Positions 42,401 through 52,782 of a DNA stretch of 55,899 nt are shown here, in pieces. The stretch's first letter is position 1; each line of letters starts with the position of its first letter. The stretch lies in contig JAJDCK010000017.1 of assembly GCA_029260855.1 (NCBI GenBank), positions 1 through 55,899 of the forward strand, written 5' to 3'. The position numbers were made by a program, and so were the translations under genes. Below the pieces are notes generated by a model. It ran no database searches. It was not told the origin of the DNA and worked only from the letters and a program-made list of their open reading frames with translations. Source of the DNA: Candidatus Saccharimonadota bacterium. Its GTDB lineage: Bacteria; Patescibacteriota; Saccharimonadia; Saccharimonadales; OFTM59.

Positions 42401-43090
42401 TTATTCGACCGCCAGTAGCTGTACCTGAAATATCAACACAGAGTTACCCGGTATACTGCCCTGCCCCTGCACGCCATACCCGGCAGCCGGGGGAACTATA
42501 ACAAACCGCACACCACCAACTTTCATGCCTTCAAGCGCTTGCTCCCATCCGGCTATAACCTGATGTGCACCTAACGTAAATATAAACGGCTGCAGCTCAC
42601 CTTTTTCATCTGCACGTGACATATCAAACAGCTTACCGTCCGCTAGCCACCCTTTGTAATAAACAGCTGCTTTTTTATTAGCCGTAAGTTCTGCGCCGTT
42701 GCCGACATTCAGATCCGCGAATAAAGCTGCCCTATCGTTCTTGTATTTATCGTATTGGCTGAATGTTGCCGGATCCAGCATGGCTTCCGCTGAGGGCTGG
42801 CCACTGTCACTGCCAGCACCCGGGTTAAGGCTGATATCGTTTGACGCCATATTGGGCATTAGGCTTTGAGCATTAGAAGTCTTGGATCTAGGTTCGGGAC
42901 TAGTCAACGAAATGCTGTTGGTGTTGTCCGACACGTTTAGTGACTGGCTGCTATATGGCGTACTGCTAGCCTCTCGCTTTTTGTATTGTTTGCCATCGTC
43001 AGGGCCAGATATAAGCCACCAGCCCGTGCCGACGATCCCTACAACTCCAATAATTACGCCAAGGCTTACCCGGTATTTCTTTTTAGACAT
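42401..43090 (-). CDS. Membrane-anchored FKBP-type peptidyl-prolyl isomerase
   Basis: YKGWLADGKLFD, VIAGWEQALEGMKVGG, IPGNSVLIFQVQL. Confidence 0.93.
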   Translation of the reverse strand: MSKKKYRVSLGVIIGVVGIVGTGWWLISGPDDGKQYKKREASSTPYSSQSLNVSDNTNSISLTSPEPRSKTSNAQSLMPNMASNDISLNPGAGSDSGQPSAEAMLDPATFSQYDKYKNDRAALFADLNVGNGAELTANKKAAVYYKGWLADGKLFDMSRADEKGELQPFIFTLGAHQVIAGWEQALEGMKVGGVRFVIVPPAAGYGVQGQGSIPGNSVLIFQVQLLAVE

Positions 43091-43171
43091 GTAGCTAGAT
43101 TGTAAGTGACCGCTCTCGCTTGAACAAATTAGCCCATCAAAAAAGCACCAGAATATCTTCTGATGCCCATT

Positions 43172-43554
43172 TGGTGGAGCTGGCGGGAATTGAACCCGCG
43201 TCCGCTAGTTTAACTGGTTAGTCTATCCTACAGGCATAGGTCATTTGAAATACTGTAGAACGTGGAAATGACCAAAAGGTTCTACAGGTTGGTCCTGGTC
43301 TTAATTCAGCTACGGATCAATTACTGAAAGCAATCAGATGAATTGGCGTGCGCTAGTATTATCTGATGTCACACTAGGCACGGCTGGAGACAATTAAGCT
43401 ACAGCTGGTGCGAACTGAAGTCCTTTGAACGGATTCAAAGAAGCTACGAGTTCGCGGAATGATGTTTTTGCATCTATTCGGTTTTGTCTATACGCTGACA
43501 AGCGACCTGCTGATCTAACCGTTAAAGTCCAACGTCGAGCTAAATATCAGCCCC
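43172..43554 (-). ncRNA. ssrA: tmRNA
   Basis: 5' GGGGCTGA...CGAC, 3' T-arm GGTTCAATTCC and CAGCTCCACCA; tag frame 43471-43394 AKTSFRELVASLNPFKGLQFAPAVA*. Confidence 0.95.
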
Positions 43555-43612
43555 GCGTCAATGCCACCTCTTTAGATGGTCTTACAATTATACCACTTAT
43601 GTCAATAAGTTG

Positions 43613-44056
43613 CTAGTGACCCGCCTGATCACCTTTGCGGACTTCGTCATGCATAATACCGAGAATTTCGGCTAGTTGGAGCTGTTGTTTTTCAGATAAA
43701 CGCGCAAACATAGGCACATAGTAATGGTTAAGGATACTGGTAGCATTTTCGGCGAGCTTTACGCCCTTGTTGGTTAAAACGATACTGCGTTCACGGCGAC
43801 TGTTGGGGTTGACCCGGCTTTCAAGCAAGCCTTTGTCGTGCATGTTTCCGATCTGCCGGCTGATACTAGCCTCCGTCTGACCTAAGTATTTGGCGATCTG
43901 TTTTTGCTGAACACCGTCGCGCCATTTGAGCGCCATAAGTATCTTAAACTGGGCAAACCCTATGCCCAAACGTTCCTGAAGAAGTTGATCAGATTGCTGG
44001 TCAACCATAAAAGAGAGGTGGTGAAGCAGGTAGCCAAGGTTTTTTGATGGTTGCAT
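43613..44056 (-). CDS. MarR-family transcriptional regulator
   Basis: QFKILMAL...QKQIA...ASISRQI...GLLES...RRERSIVLTNKG. Confidence 0.92.
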   Translation of the reverse strand: MQPSKNLGYLLHHLSFMVDQQSDQLLQERLGIGFAQFKILMALKWRDGVQQKQIAKYLGQTEASISRQIGNMHDKGLLESRVNPNSRRERSIVLTNKGVKLAENATSILNHYYVPMFARLSEKQQLQLAEILGIMHDEVRKGDQAGH

Positions 44057-44149
44057 ACAGTACCCTTCTAATAAAACTTTATTGCTTAATACTTAACACG
44101 TCAAGTATTAGTGAGTTAAAATGCAAGAAGCCAAACCAAGCAATATTGC

Positions 44150-44914
44150 TTAAGGAAGTTTTTTAAGGGTAATGCTCTCAAACATTTTAATAATAGTTTG
44201 TGCGTCATCGCTGGTAAGAAATTCCGAATTTTCTGAACTGGCACCTATCCTAAAGTTAAAATCGCGAGTTAAAACCTCGCCACACGGGAAAATTATCAGT
44301 CCCATTCCTGGTTCATTCACGGCCTTTTCAGTAAGGTACTCCCAGTTTGTTAAACATACAGAATACAGGGTTTTTTTGCCGCTTTGACTGAGCTTTCCTG
44401 GTGTGTATTTGGTAGTAACCAGAGTTACAGGCGCTTGTTTGTCAAGGTACCCCGTGTTCTTCGAATCAATATTTATGACCTTGCCTTTGGAGAGCAATTC
44501 CCAGGTATCACATTCATTAGTTATTTTGTGCGGTGTATCTTGTGGTTGCGGCTCACAACCTCCACCGCGCCCACCTTGGTCATAAGAAACGGTCAGTTTC
44601 GTGCCCGTTGGTGAAACGAACGACACTTCCCCGCTACGGTATGTTTCACTCTCGCCAACGATCTCTTCTTGTTTATCTGTTATCTTCCAATCGTCAGGAT
44701 AGTCGATACTAAAGCCTGGATTATCGTCAACATAAGTAAGCATTCCTGTCTTTTCAGATTCTTGAATATTTTGAGATTCTGTTGACTTAGATGACCTGGT
44801 CTTCTGCTCACTACTCTTGTAAACCCTGTAACCAACCGCGCCTATTATCACTAAGACCACCGACAGCATGATAGCCGCCACATGAGCTACGCCGCTGTCT
44901 TGAAGCTTTTTCAT
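44150..44914 (-). CDS. Pilin-like-leader membrane protein with PsbP-like domain
   Basis: KKLQDSG|VAHV followed by hydrophobic helix; GFSIDYPDDWKI; ends MFESI. Confidence 0.6.
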   Translation of the reverse strand: MKKLQDSGVAHVAAIMLSVVLVIIGAVGYRVYKSSEQKTRSSKSTESQNIQESEKTGMLTYVDDNPGFSIDYPDDWKITDKQEEIVGESETYRSGEVSFVSPTGTKLTVSYDQGGRGGGCEPQPQDTPHKITNECDTWELLSKGKVINIDSKNTGYLDKQAPVTLVTTKYTPGKLSQSGKKTLYSVCLTNWEYLTEKAVNEPGMGLIIFPCGEVLTRDFNFRIGASSENSEFLTSDDAQTIIKMFESITLKKLP

Positions 44915-44928
44915 AATGCTTATCCTAA

Positions 44929-45720
44929 TTAATTACCGTTATTGTAGCAGAGATATAGCTTATACCAGTCGTTTAGGCTTAATTCCTGCGCCCGCACGCC
45001 ACGGTCTACTTCGGCCTCTTTCAATATTGTCAGAACTTCCAGCTTGCTCAAATGCAATCCTCCGCTTAAAGAGTTATGAAGAGTTTTGCGACGGCTACTA
45101 AAGCCCGCCTTAACTATCCTGAAGAAGTCCTTAACATTTAAATCACTAAAGAGCGGGGTTTCGCGTCTTTTCATAATTAGTATCTGCGAATCCACTTTGG
45201 GTGGCGGCACAAACAACTTGGCCGGTACTGCCGGGCCTTTGCTTACCTCCCAGTAAAACTGCGCACTGACACTTAATAGCGACATATCCCCCGGTCCGGC
45301 AGACACACGCTGTGCGACTTCTTTTTGCACAAGCAAAACAACTTTAGACGGAGGGTTGCTAGCTTCGCTCAACACACGGATAAGGTTACTGGTAAGGTAA
45401 TACGGTATGTTTGCCACCACTTTGTAATCAGGTGGCATTTCGCCTAGATCAAATTTAAGGATACTTCCCGTCTTTAGGGAAAAGTCATTATCAGCAAACT
45501 TTTTAGAAAGTTCCGTCGCCATTGATTCGTCCAGTTCTACAGCTGTAACATGAGCGCCTCGGGCCAACAATACTTCGGTCAACGTCCCTGTGCCAGGCCC
45601 TACTTCTAGCACCTGATCGCCTCGAGCTATGTCGGCAGCGTCAGCCATGGAGTTAAGCGACGCCGGGTCTTCAAGCCAGTGTTGGCCTAAGGACTTTTTG
45701 GTCTGAGGTAAATCGCTCAT
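44929..45720 (-). CDS. rsmA: 16S rRNA dimethyladenosine transferase
   Basis: KKSLGQHWL, EVGPGTG, ANIPYY, FVPPPKVDS, RRKTL. Confidence 0.96.
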   Translation of the reverse strand: MSDLPQTKKSLGQHWLEDPASLNSMADAADIARGDQVLEVGPGTGTLTEVLLARGAHVTAVELDESMATELSKKFADNDFSLKTGSILKFDLGEMPPDYKVVANIPYYLTSNLIRVLSEASNPPSKVVLLVQKEVAQRVSAGPGDMSLLSVSAQFYWEVSKGPAVPAKLFVPPPKVDSQILIMKRRETPLFSDLNVKDFFRIVKAGFSSRRKTLHNSLSGGLHLSKLEVLTILKEAEVDRGVRAQELSLNDWYKLYLCYNNGN

Positions 45721-46139
45721 AGGTCTAAGAGCGCTAAGCCGGTGGCGTCATCTTCCGAGCGAGTTAATTTGCCCTTGAACCAATTGTGCAAAAATATTTC
45801 GCAAGTGCCCCCGACGATCAGCTCTTTTACATGGCCGCCCAGGCCCTGCATGTTCGCATCGCTAAAAGTACCGTGTAAATGTATAAACGGCTCGCCGTCT
45901 TTGTAGGCGATGTTGCCGTGCAGGCTAGTAATTTCAAGCGGTTTATTAAATTCTTTTATTTCATAGTCCCTGGCTTGTAGATCATAGAATGCCAGCTGAA
46001 CCGAAAGCGCTCCGCCAATACCACTGACCCAGCCCCCGTGTATGTTTTCTTTCTTGGCAAATTTTATTAAGCTTTCAACTAAAAGCTCGCCCTTCTGAAG
46101 GCTTATCATCCAGTTAAATCCATCGTACTGAGAATTCAT
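45717..46139 (-). CDS. PPC/DUF296 domain protein (start probably MNSQ)
   Basis: GIGG, EITSLHGNI, HLHGTFS, GGHV. Confidence 0.88.
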   Translation of the reverse strand: MNSQYDGFNWMISLQKGELLVESLIKFAKKENIHGGWVSGIGGALSVQLAFYDLQARDYEIKEFNKPLEITSLHGNIAYKDGEPFIHLHGTFSDANMQGLGGHVKELIVGGTCEIFLHNWFKGKLTRSEDDATGLALLDL

Positions 46140-46159
46140 ACACGTAGTGTAGCAAACAC

Positions 46160-47404
46160 TTACCACCAGCGCTGGCGCTGCCAGACATCAAAAGCCCTTA
46201 TCCAGTTCCCGTACCGCCCCACAGCATACCCGTTAAAGAAACGCATTTGGCAAACAGGGTCTGATTCCCAGTCTGGGCAGGCATTTCGGAGCTTGCTACC
46301 CGGACAAGCCTGGCCAAGACCAGAGCATCCGCTAGCATTGACAGCGTTCACACGCCAACCAGACTCATGGCTGATAATATAATCAGCGGCATAAAATTCG
46401 TTGGCAGGGATACCGGCCGCCGACATAATTTCGGCCTTGTTACCAGCAACAACCGGAGCTTTTTTACCCCTGGCTACTACACGCTTAACTGGCTGCTCGA
46501 TAATTACTTCCTGGATGACTTTTCGTGATGTCTCGGTGTCGTTTGTTAGGCCTATTTCATAGGTTACGATTCGCTTGCCTGGACGGCCTGGATCACGTAT
46601 TTGTGACGAGCCAAGTGTAAGATTAAAGTCATCTACGTACTCAATCGGCGGCTCAATCGCCTCCTCTAGCTGTGCAAGCTGCGTTCCAAATCTGGCTATT
46701 AGAACCTGGGTATCGGGTATTAATACAGTCCCGGGAGACGGCTGGACGGTGTCTCCTTCGTTCACTTTTATGCCCTTTTCTTCTAATAGTGCCGCGACTG
46801 TCGTCGCATGAGTCCGTACAGTTACGATGTTGCCGTATAGGTTTATAGTTGCCGGAGTGGCCCTCTCAATTACAACTTTTTCAGAAATAACGTTTTGTTC
46901 TTGAATTGCGTCCAGCGGATCCACAATGTCAGCGGCAACTTTAGTCACTTTGTCTTCCGGGTACACGGTCAGGCCGACTTTTTCGGCAACGCGTTTCGGT
47001 GTAGGTTCAGCGGTGACAATAGTCTTTTGTTGGCCTTCGTCGTCTACCAAAACCGTTCTTGCCCGATAAACGTTAACCTGGAATCCGGTATCGGTGATCT
47101 CGGTCTTAAGGCCAGGCTCGACTATATCGTTCTCATGTACAGCTACAGCAAGACGATCAAGTAAGTCTTCTACGGTTTTGGCTCTAGTAGGCACCACCTG
47201 TTCGCGACCCTCAACAAACAACCGGACAACCCGAGTATCAGACGCTCCGATTGTCTGGCCACCAGTATAAATAACAAAGCTAATGCTAAGAAAAAACAGC
47301 AACAAGAACACCGTCACAGGCACAACAAACGGATGATTACGGAGACGATGAATCTTCGTTTTTTGGGCCTTAGTTAATAAGCGTTTAGTGTGCAGCATAG
47401 TCAA
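46160..47404 (-). CDS. RpfB/YabE-like protein (DUF348 repeats, G5, lysozyme-like domain)
   Basis: TM, TVEDLL/TVAALLEEKGI repeats, G5 (GRPGKRIVTY...VVARG), ISHESGW...GLGQACP. Confidence 0.88.
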   Translation of the reverse strand: MTMLHTKRLLTKAQKTKIHRLRNHPFVVPVTVFLLLFFLSISFVIYTGGQTIGASDTRVVRLFVEGREQVVPTRAKTVEDLLDRLAVAVHENDIVEPGLKTEITDTGFQVNVYRARTVLVDDEGQQKTIVTAEPTPKRVAEKVGLTVYPEDKVTKVAADIVDPLDAIQEQNVISEKVVIERATPATINLYGNIVTVRTHATTVAALLEEKGIKVNEGDTVQPSPGTVLIPDTQVLIARFGTQLAQLEEAIEPPIEYVDDFNLTLGSSQIRDPGRPGKRIVTYEIGLTNDTETSRKVIQEVIIEQPVKRVVARGKKAPVVAGNKAEIMSAAGIPANEFYAADYIISHESGWRVNAVNASGCSGLGQACPGSKLRNACPDWESDPVCQMRFFNGYAVGRYGNWIRAFDVWQRQRWW

Positions 47405-47430
47405 AAAGGTTTGGCCCAGTCCAAGCGACC

Positions 47431-47922
47431 CTAGCCAGCCTTCATTCTAACAGGTTGGTCTCTCTGTCGCCACGCAAGGATAAGTTGTTTGCTGGCCTTG
47501 CTAACGTCAGTTCTGCTCAATATATCTTTAACGGGAAACCATTTCGCATCTACAAGTTCTAGTTTTTGCCGAGTTAACGATGGCCGTTTTAGAAGTTCAA
47601 TAGCATAAACTAAGATCGTAGACGACAAGCCGTTTTCGCTTAGGCGTCGTTTTTCTAAAAATTTAGTTTCTTTTGAATCAAGTTGTATTCCTGTCTCTTC
47701 CTTGACTTCTCTGAGCACTCCCATAATCGTGTCCTCGCCGATATGTAAACCACCACCTGGCAGTTTCCATTGCCCGGGGCCAAGCCAGCTTTTTACAAGT
47801 AGCACCTCGTTCTTGTGGCTTATGACGGCGCGGGTTCTTCTAGACACAAAAAGGTAGGCAAATAGTGCCGGCCAACTTAGCCAGAAAGCTGTCTTGCCTG
47901 CTCTTATCCAAATATTTTTCAC
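47431..47922 (-). CDS. NUDIX hydrolase
   Basis: LPGGG...REVKEETG. Confidence 0.9.
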   Translation of the reverse strand: MKNIWIRAGKTAFWLSWPALFAYLFVSRRTRAVISHKNEVLLVKSWLGPGQWKLPGGGLHIGEDTIMGVLREVKEETGIQLDSKETKFLEKRRLSENGLSSTILVYAIELLKRPSLTRQKLELVDAKWFPVKDILSRTDVSKASKQLILAWRQRDQPVRMKAG

Positions 47923-50069
47923 AACTTTTCCAGCGGGGCAAAGGAGACGTTCAGTTTCTTGCTGCCTTTACCCTTAAAATAAATTGTCGCATTCTCACCT
48001 TCAATGTTAAGCACTACTCCGGCTCCAAAAGTCTGGTGGCGGACCTCATCGCCTTCATTTAATTCCGGGACTATCTGAGAAAAATCATCTTTATAAGGCA
48101 GATCCTGCAACTGGTTTTGGAAGTTTTGAGGGCTGGGCGCTTCGCCATGCACAAACTCAGCATCAATCTCGCTCAAAAAACGGCTGGGTGGGTTGTGCTG
48201 CATGCCACCGTAAAGTAGCCGCGACGAAGCATGCAATAAATAAAGCTCTTCTTTTGCCCGTGTCATACCAACATAACAGAGCCGACGCTCCTCTTCCATT
48301 TCCTTTGGCTCATAAAATGCCCGTGAGTGTGGGAACACAGACTCTTCCATCCCAGAGATGAATACGACCGGGAACTCCAGGCCTTTTGCGGCATGCATCG
48401 TCATAAGTGTGACAGCATTGCCTGACGCCGCGCCAGTTTCAATGTCGGTAACTAGCGCAACCTCTTCCAAAAACCCATCCAGGCCAAGGTCTTGATACTC
48501 CTGGGCGACGCTCAAAAGCTCTTTTACGTTTTCTTGGCGTGATTCACCCTTCAATGTGCCATCATCCAAATATGTCATATAGTCTAAACGGCGAACCAAC
48601 GAATCAAGCAAACCGGTAAGATTGGTTTCGTCTACAATAGCCCTGAGCGTACGCATCATGTCACCGAGCTCAGCTAGACCTTGCCGAGCCTTGCCAGTAA
48701 GTTCCGGATGATTCAATACTGACTCCAGCGCGGCTTGCAAGGTCAAGTTATTGGCGCGCTGCCATGCATAAAACTTTTCTAAAGATTTTGTTCCTATTCC
48801 CCGTGTCGGGACATTTACGACACGCTCAAAACTTATGTGATCCTCGGGCTGATACAGAAGCCGCAAATATGCCATAATATCTTTGATTTCTTTGCGGTCA
48901 TAAAAGCGCACACCACCAACCACACGATACGGAATACCATAGCGAACAAAAGCTTCTTCAATAGAACGGCTCTGTGCGTTTGTACGATACAGTACCGCGA
49001 AATCTTTATACTCTCTGAATCTCGCTTCTGTGGCGTTTTTGATACGACGGATAATAGTTTCACCTTCGCTGCGTTCGTTGCTGACTTGCAGCACCTGGAC
49101 CGGTCGACCGTCGCCCAGATCAGTCCATAGCTTTTTGTCTGAGCGCTGGTGGTTCTTGCTAATAACTGCGTGTGCCGCATCCAAGATCAATTTTGTGCTG
49201 CGATAATTTTGTTCGAGTTTAATAATGCAAGTTTTTGGGTAATCTTTCTCGAAGTTTAAAATGTTACGAAAATCGGCGCCACGCCATGAATAAATACTCT
49301 GCCAATCATCGCCGACGACTGCGATATTTTTCGGGTCATTAACCAGTAGTTTCACCAACTTGTATTGTGCGGCGTTAGTGTCCTGGTACTCGTCAATCAT
49401 TATATAGGTAAGTTGCCTGCACCACTTTTGTCGTACCTCCTGGTGAGCTTGCAATAGATACACGGTACGCCCGATAAGATCGTCAAAATCCAAGGCACCA
49501 GCGTCTTTTAATAATTTCTGATACAACGGGAAGACCTGTGTAGCTGCACGGTGAACAGGCCCGCTACCGATGTCGGCATATTCTTCTGGTGTCATAAGTT
49601 CATTCTTTGCAGAACTTATAAGACCCGCGATTGTTCTTGCTGGAAAAGCTTTTTCGTCTAACATAAGCTGTTTACTGGCTTGTTTTATCGCGCTAACCCG
49701 ATCGCTCTCGTCAAAAATAACGAAATTCTTTGGGACACCAATGTGTTCGCCGTCTTGCCTGAGTAACCGTACACAAATACTGTGAAAGGTACCCATGAAA
49801 GGCATGAATGACCGGTTATCCGGATTTTCGCCTAGCAGTTTTGCTACGCGTTCACGCATTTCTCGCGCCGCTTTATTCGTAAACGTTACGGAAAGAATAT
49901 TAAAAGGTGTAGCCTTTTTGGTTGCTATAAGATATGCAATGCGATGGGTCAGGGTTTTGGTCTTGCCTGATCCTGCTCCAGCCAATATCAATAGTGGCCC
50001 CTCGGTGGTTTCTACCGCGCGTTGTTGCTCCAGATTCAGTCCAACTAAAAGCTCGTCACTATGCATCAA
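47919..50069 (-). CDS. pcrA: ATP-dependent DNA helicase PcrA/UvrD
   Basis: AGAGSGKT, DEYQDTN, QNYRST, HAAKGLEF, EERRLCYVGMTRA. Confidence 0.96.
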   Translation of the reverse strand: MMHSDELLVGLNLEQQRAVETTEGPLLILAGAGSGKTKTLTHRIAYLIATKKATPFNILSVTFTNKAAREMRERVAKLLGENPDNRSFMPFMGTFHSICVRLLRQDGEHIGVPKNFVIFDESDRVSAIKQASKQLMLDEKAFPARTIAGLISSAKNELMTPEEYADIGSGPVHRAATQVFPLYQKLLKDAGALDFDDLIGRTVYLLQAHQEVRQKWCRQLTYIMIDEYQDTNAAQYKLVKLLVNDPKNIAVVGDDWQSIYSWRGADFRNILNFEKDYPKTCIIKLEQNYRSTKLILDAAHAVISKNHQRSDKKLWTDLGDGRPVQVLQVSNERSEGETIIRRIKNATEARFREYKDFAVLYRTNAQSRSIEEAFVRYGIPYRVVGGVRFYDRKEIKDIMAYLRLLYQPEDHISFERVVNVPTRGIGTKSLEKFYAWQRANNLTLQAALESVLNHPELTGKARQGLAELGDMMRTLRAIVDETNLTGLLDSLVRRLDYMTYLDDGTLKGESRQENVKELLSVAQEYQDLGLDGFLEEVALVTDIETGAASGNAVTLMTMHAAKGLEFPVVFISGMEESVFPHSRAFYEPKEMEEERRLCYVGMTRAKEELYLLHASSRLLYGGMQHNPPSRFLSEIDAEFVHGEAPSPQNFQNQLQDLPYKDDFSQIVPELNEGDEVRHQTFGAGVVLNIEGENATIYFKGKGSKKLNVSFAPLEKL

Positions 50070-50093
50070 GTTATTTTACCAGCTTGGCGAGGT

Positions 50094-50657
50094 CTATGGG
50101 ATAAATTCGTACGGCAATTTTATGCCGACATCAAGTATATTAGCGTCAATCGCTGCATAAACAGCAGCAGCTGAGAGTAAGAGAAGAGTCAAGCTGACCC
50201 AAAACCATCTTTTGTTTCTACGATGATTAACTTGTCCGATTGGCGCGAAGTACTTTTTAGCCTCTATCATTTTTTCAATTTCAGCCTGACGCACTATATC
50301 TTCTTTGGTGGGTTCGCTTTTTTTCTTTCTTCCGCTTTGTTCAGCCACAGCATCAACTACAGCCGCTTCTGATTTAATTCTGTCGGCCTCTTTGCTCTCC
50401 GCTTCTGCGGCAGCCAATACTGTCACCTCCTCAACGCTGGGAGGTGATTCACTGATCGGCTCTACCACCTTTTCTCTGCTTACCACAACAGGTTTTTCCT
50501 CGTCCTTGACAGTAGACTCTGGGTTATCGATCACCATGCGGTCTTTCATCATTGGGTTATGGGTTGCTATGACCGGCCTAGATGTTGGTGATGGCGCTGT
50601 CTTGTTGGGCTTGCTCACATCAAACACCGACGCTTTGCTATTATTGACCGGCATCAT
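50094..50657 (-). CDS. Hypothetical membrane protein
   Basis: Disordered N-region, C-terminal TM. Confidence 0.65.
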   Translation of the reverse strand: MMPVNNSKASVFDVSKPNKTAPSPTSRPVIATHNPMMKDRMVIDNPESTVKDEEKPVVVSREKVVEPISESPPSVEEVTVLAAAEAESKEADRIKSEAAVVDAVAEQSGRKKKSEPTKEDIVRQAEIEKMIEAKKYFAPIGQVNHRRNKRWFWVSLTLLLLSAAAVYAAIDANILDVGIKLPYEFIP

Positions 50658-51441
50658 CTTCGCCTTGTGCTTGAACTAGTCGGTATGCACTATCAACAAT
50701 GCCTGCAAACTTATGATAGTTCAGGCTTGCTCCGCCAACCAACGCACCGTCGCAATCTTCCAGCTCCAGGTAACTACGCACGATCTGGTCGTCTACGCTG
50801 CCACCATACAGAAGCCTGACCGCTTTTGCTGCTTTGTTTCCATATAGTTCGGCTATCTGTTTTCTGATAAATTTTAACCCGCTTTCTACGTCGTCCGGCT
50901 TGGCTATCTCACCCTCAAATGTACTAATAGCCCAGACCGGCTCATAGGCTATAACAACCTCTTCAATCTCGTCAGCCGTCAAATTACTAAGCGCCGTAGT
51001 AATCTGATCGTGCAGAACCTGCTTGGTCTCACCGGCGTGACGTTCTTGACCAGTCTCCCCCACACAAAGTAACGGAGTAATACTGTTGCGCACAGCCGAC
51101 GCAACCTTGTCACGGACAACCTCTAAATCCTCATGAAAATGCAAACGACGCTCGGAGTGACCGATAATCACATAGTGCACTAAATCCTGCAGCATACTAA
51201 AACTGACCTCACCAGTGAAAGCGCCCTCATCCTTGTAGTAGGCGTTTTGTGCCGCCAGACGGAACTTCCTTCTGTCCACCTGCGTTGATAATGGTTGTAG
51301 CACAAGCATGCTAGGAGCAAGCACAACCTCTATATTCCTGTGTATTTTGATCCGTTCGTGCAAACGGTGCAGCAATAAACTGGCTTGACTTGCATTCAGA
51401 TGCATTTTCCAATTGCCGACAATTAGTATTCTTTTAGACAT
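50641..51441 (-). CDS. tpiA: Triosephosphate isomerase
   Basis: GNWKM, GHSERR, AYEPVWAI, YGGSV, LVGGASL. Confidence 0.96.
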   Translation of the reverse strand: MSKRILIVGNWKMHLNASQASLLLHRLHERIKIHRNIEVVLAPSMLVLQPLSTQVDRRKFRLAAQNAYYKDEGAFTGEVSFSMLQDLVHYVIIGHSERRLHFHEDLEVVRDKVASAVRNSITPLLCVGETGQERHAGETKQVLHDQITTALSNLTADEIEEVVIAYEPVWAISTFEGEIAKPDDVESGLKFIRKQIAELYGNKAAKAVRLLYGGSVDDQIVRSYLELEDCDGALVGGASLNYHKFAGIVDSAYRLVQAQGEDDAGQ

Positions 51442-51477
51442 TGTGGTTGTGCTTTCTTGCCGTTATTGTACCATCTA

Positions 51478-52767
51478 TCATTTTTTGTCCATCAACGCTT
51501 CTACGCCTGGCAGTGCTTTACCGATCATCAATTCCATACTGGCTCCTCCGCCAGTCGATACATGGTTGAAGCCTTTGACCAGATTACGATCTTCCAAATA
51601 ACCAACAGTGTCACCGCCACCCACAACGCTGAAAGGCTTATGCCCGTACTGACCTAGCATCGAATCTACAATCAACTCTGTGCCGTGCGCAAATGGCCCG
51701 ATCGGGCCCTGTAGCCCCTCGGTCTCTGTAACGCCCATGGCTCCGTTCCAAATAACCGTATTAGCCAACTGCATACCGCCAGCCATGAATGCACCAGAAA
51801 AAGGACCAATGTCTAGGATCATTTCGTCATCAGCAACATCTCGGCTTTCTCTGGGGGGGCGTTTGGGGTAGCTTTCTACGCTCGCAATTATATGTGCGTC
51901 CCAGTCCACTATCCGGGTTTTGGCTGTCTTGTCCATCCTATTAGCTACTACGCCATCTTGGGGCAGATAAAATACAAAGTGCTGTTTCTGTGATTTTATC
52001 CTCGCTCGTTCCATGATTTCTTTTGCAAGTGGCACGTCCTCTCGGTCAACTTTGCTTTTTGCAATGTCTATTCCTGATGCCAATAAAAACGTGTTTGCCA
52101 TAGCCCCGCCAATAGCCATGAAATCTGCTATATCGATAAAACGGTTTATAATATCAATCTTGTCAGATATTTTGGCTCCTCCTATGATTGCCATAAGTGG
52201 TCTATCAGGGTTTTCCATAGCATCTTTTATGGTGTTCACTTCTTTTTCAAGCAACAGCCCAGCTACACTTGGCAGATAGTGCGTTATTGCATCCGTTGAT
52301 GCGTGCACTCTGTGGACTACACCAAAACCGTCTTGGACAAATACTTCGGCCAATTTTGCTAATTGGCCGGCAAACTCCTCGTCATTAGCCTCTTCCTGAT
52401 TATAAAAACGTAAATTTTCTAAGAGCAAAATGTCGCCAGATTTAAGCTGCTTCGCGGCTCCCTCTGCGGCCTTTCCAACACAATTTTCCACAAAATGGAT
52501 TTTTTTATCTAACAGTTCACCGAGGCGTTTTGCAACAGGGGCGAGCGTACATTTCTTGTCGTTCGGGCCTTTGGGCCGACCCAGGTGCGAGCAAATCACT
52601 ATTGAGCAGCCTTGGTCCAATAAATATCTTATAGTCGGCAATGATCTCTCTATACGATAGTCACCGGCGATCGCACCATCATCTTCTATGGGCACGTTGT
52701 AGTCAGCTCTGAGCAAAACGCGCTTACCGGAGATATCCAAATCTTTTATTGTTTTCTTAGTAAACAT
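51478..52767 (-). CDS. pgk: Phosphoglycerate kinase
   Basis: RADYNVP, SHLGRP, LENLRF, GGAKISDK, STGGGAS. Confidence 0.97.
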   Translation of the reverse strand: MFTKKTIKDLDISGKRVLLRADYNVPIEDDGAIAGDYRIERSLPTIRYLLDQGCSIVICSHLGRPKGPNDKKCTLAPVAKRLGELLDKKIHFVENCVGKAAEGAAKQLKSGDILLLENLRFYNQEEANDEEFAGQLAKLAEVFVQDGFGVVHRVHASTDAITHYLPSVAGLLLEKEVNTIKDAMENPDRPLMAIIGGAKISDKIDIINRFIDIADFMAIGGAMANTFLLASGIDIAKSKVDREDVPLAKEIMERARIKSQKQHFVFYLPQDGVVANRMDKTAKTRIVDWDAHIIASVESYPKRPPRESRDVADDEMILDIGPFSGAFMAGGMQLANTVIWNGAMGVTETEGLQGPIGPFAHGTELIVDSMLGQYGHKPFSVVGGGDTVGYLEDRNLVKGFNHVSTGGGASMELMIGKALPGVEALMDKK

Positions 52768-52782
52768 GCCACCCTTTTATGT

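Noticed and set aside
40885-43171. Possible island integrated at the tmRNA 3' end
   Set aside because: No integrase and no duplicated tmRNA 3' end found downstream.
43425-43616. 63-aa plus-strand ORF
   Set aside because: Antisense to tmRNA.
15660-47404. metG-tatD separated from rpfB-like-rsmA, which are often contiguous
   Set aside because: Ordinary rearrangement; no boundary signal seen to support a specific event.
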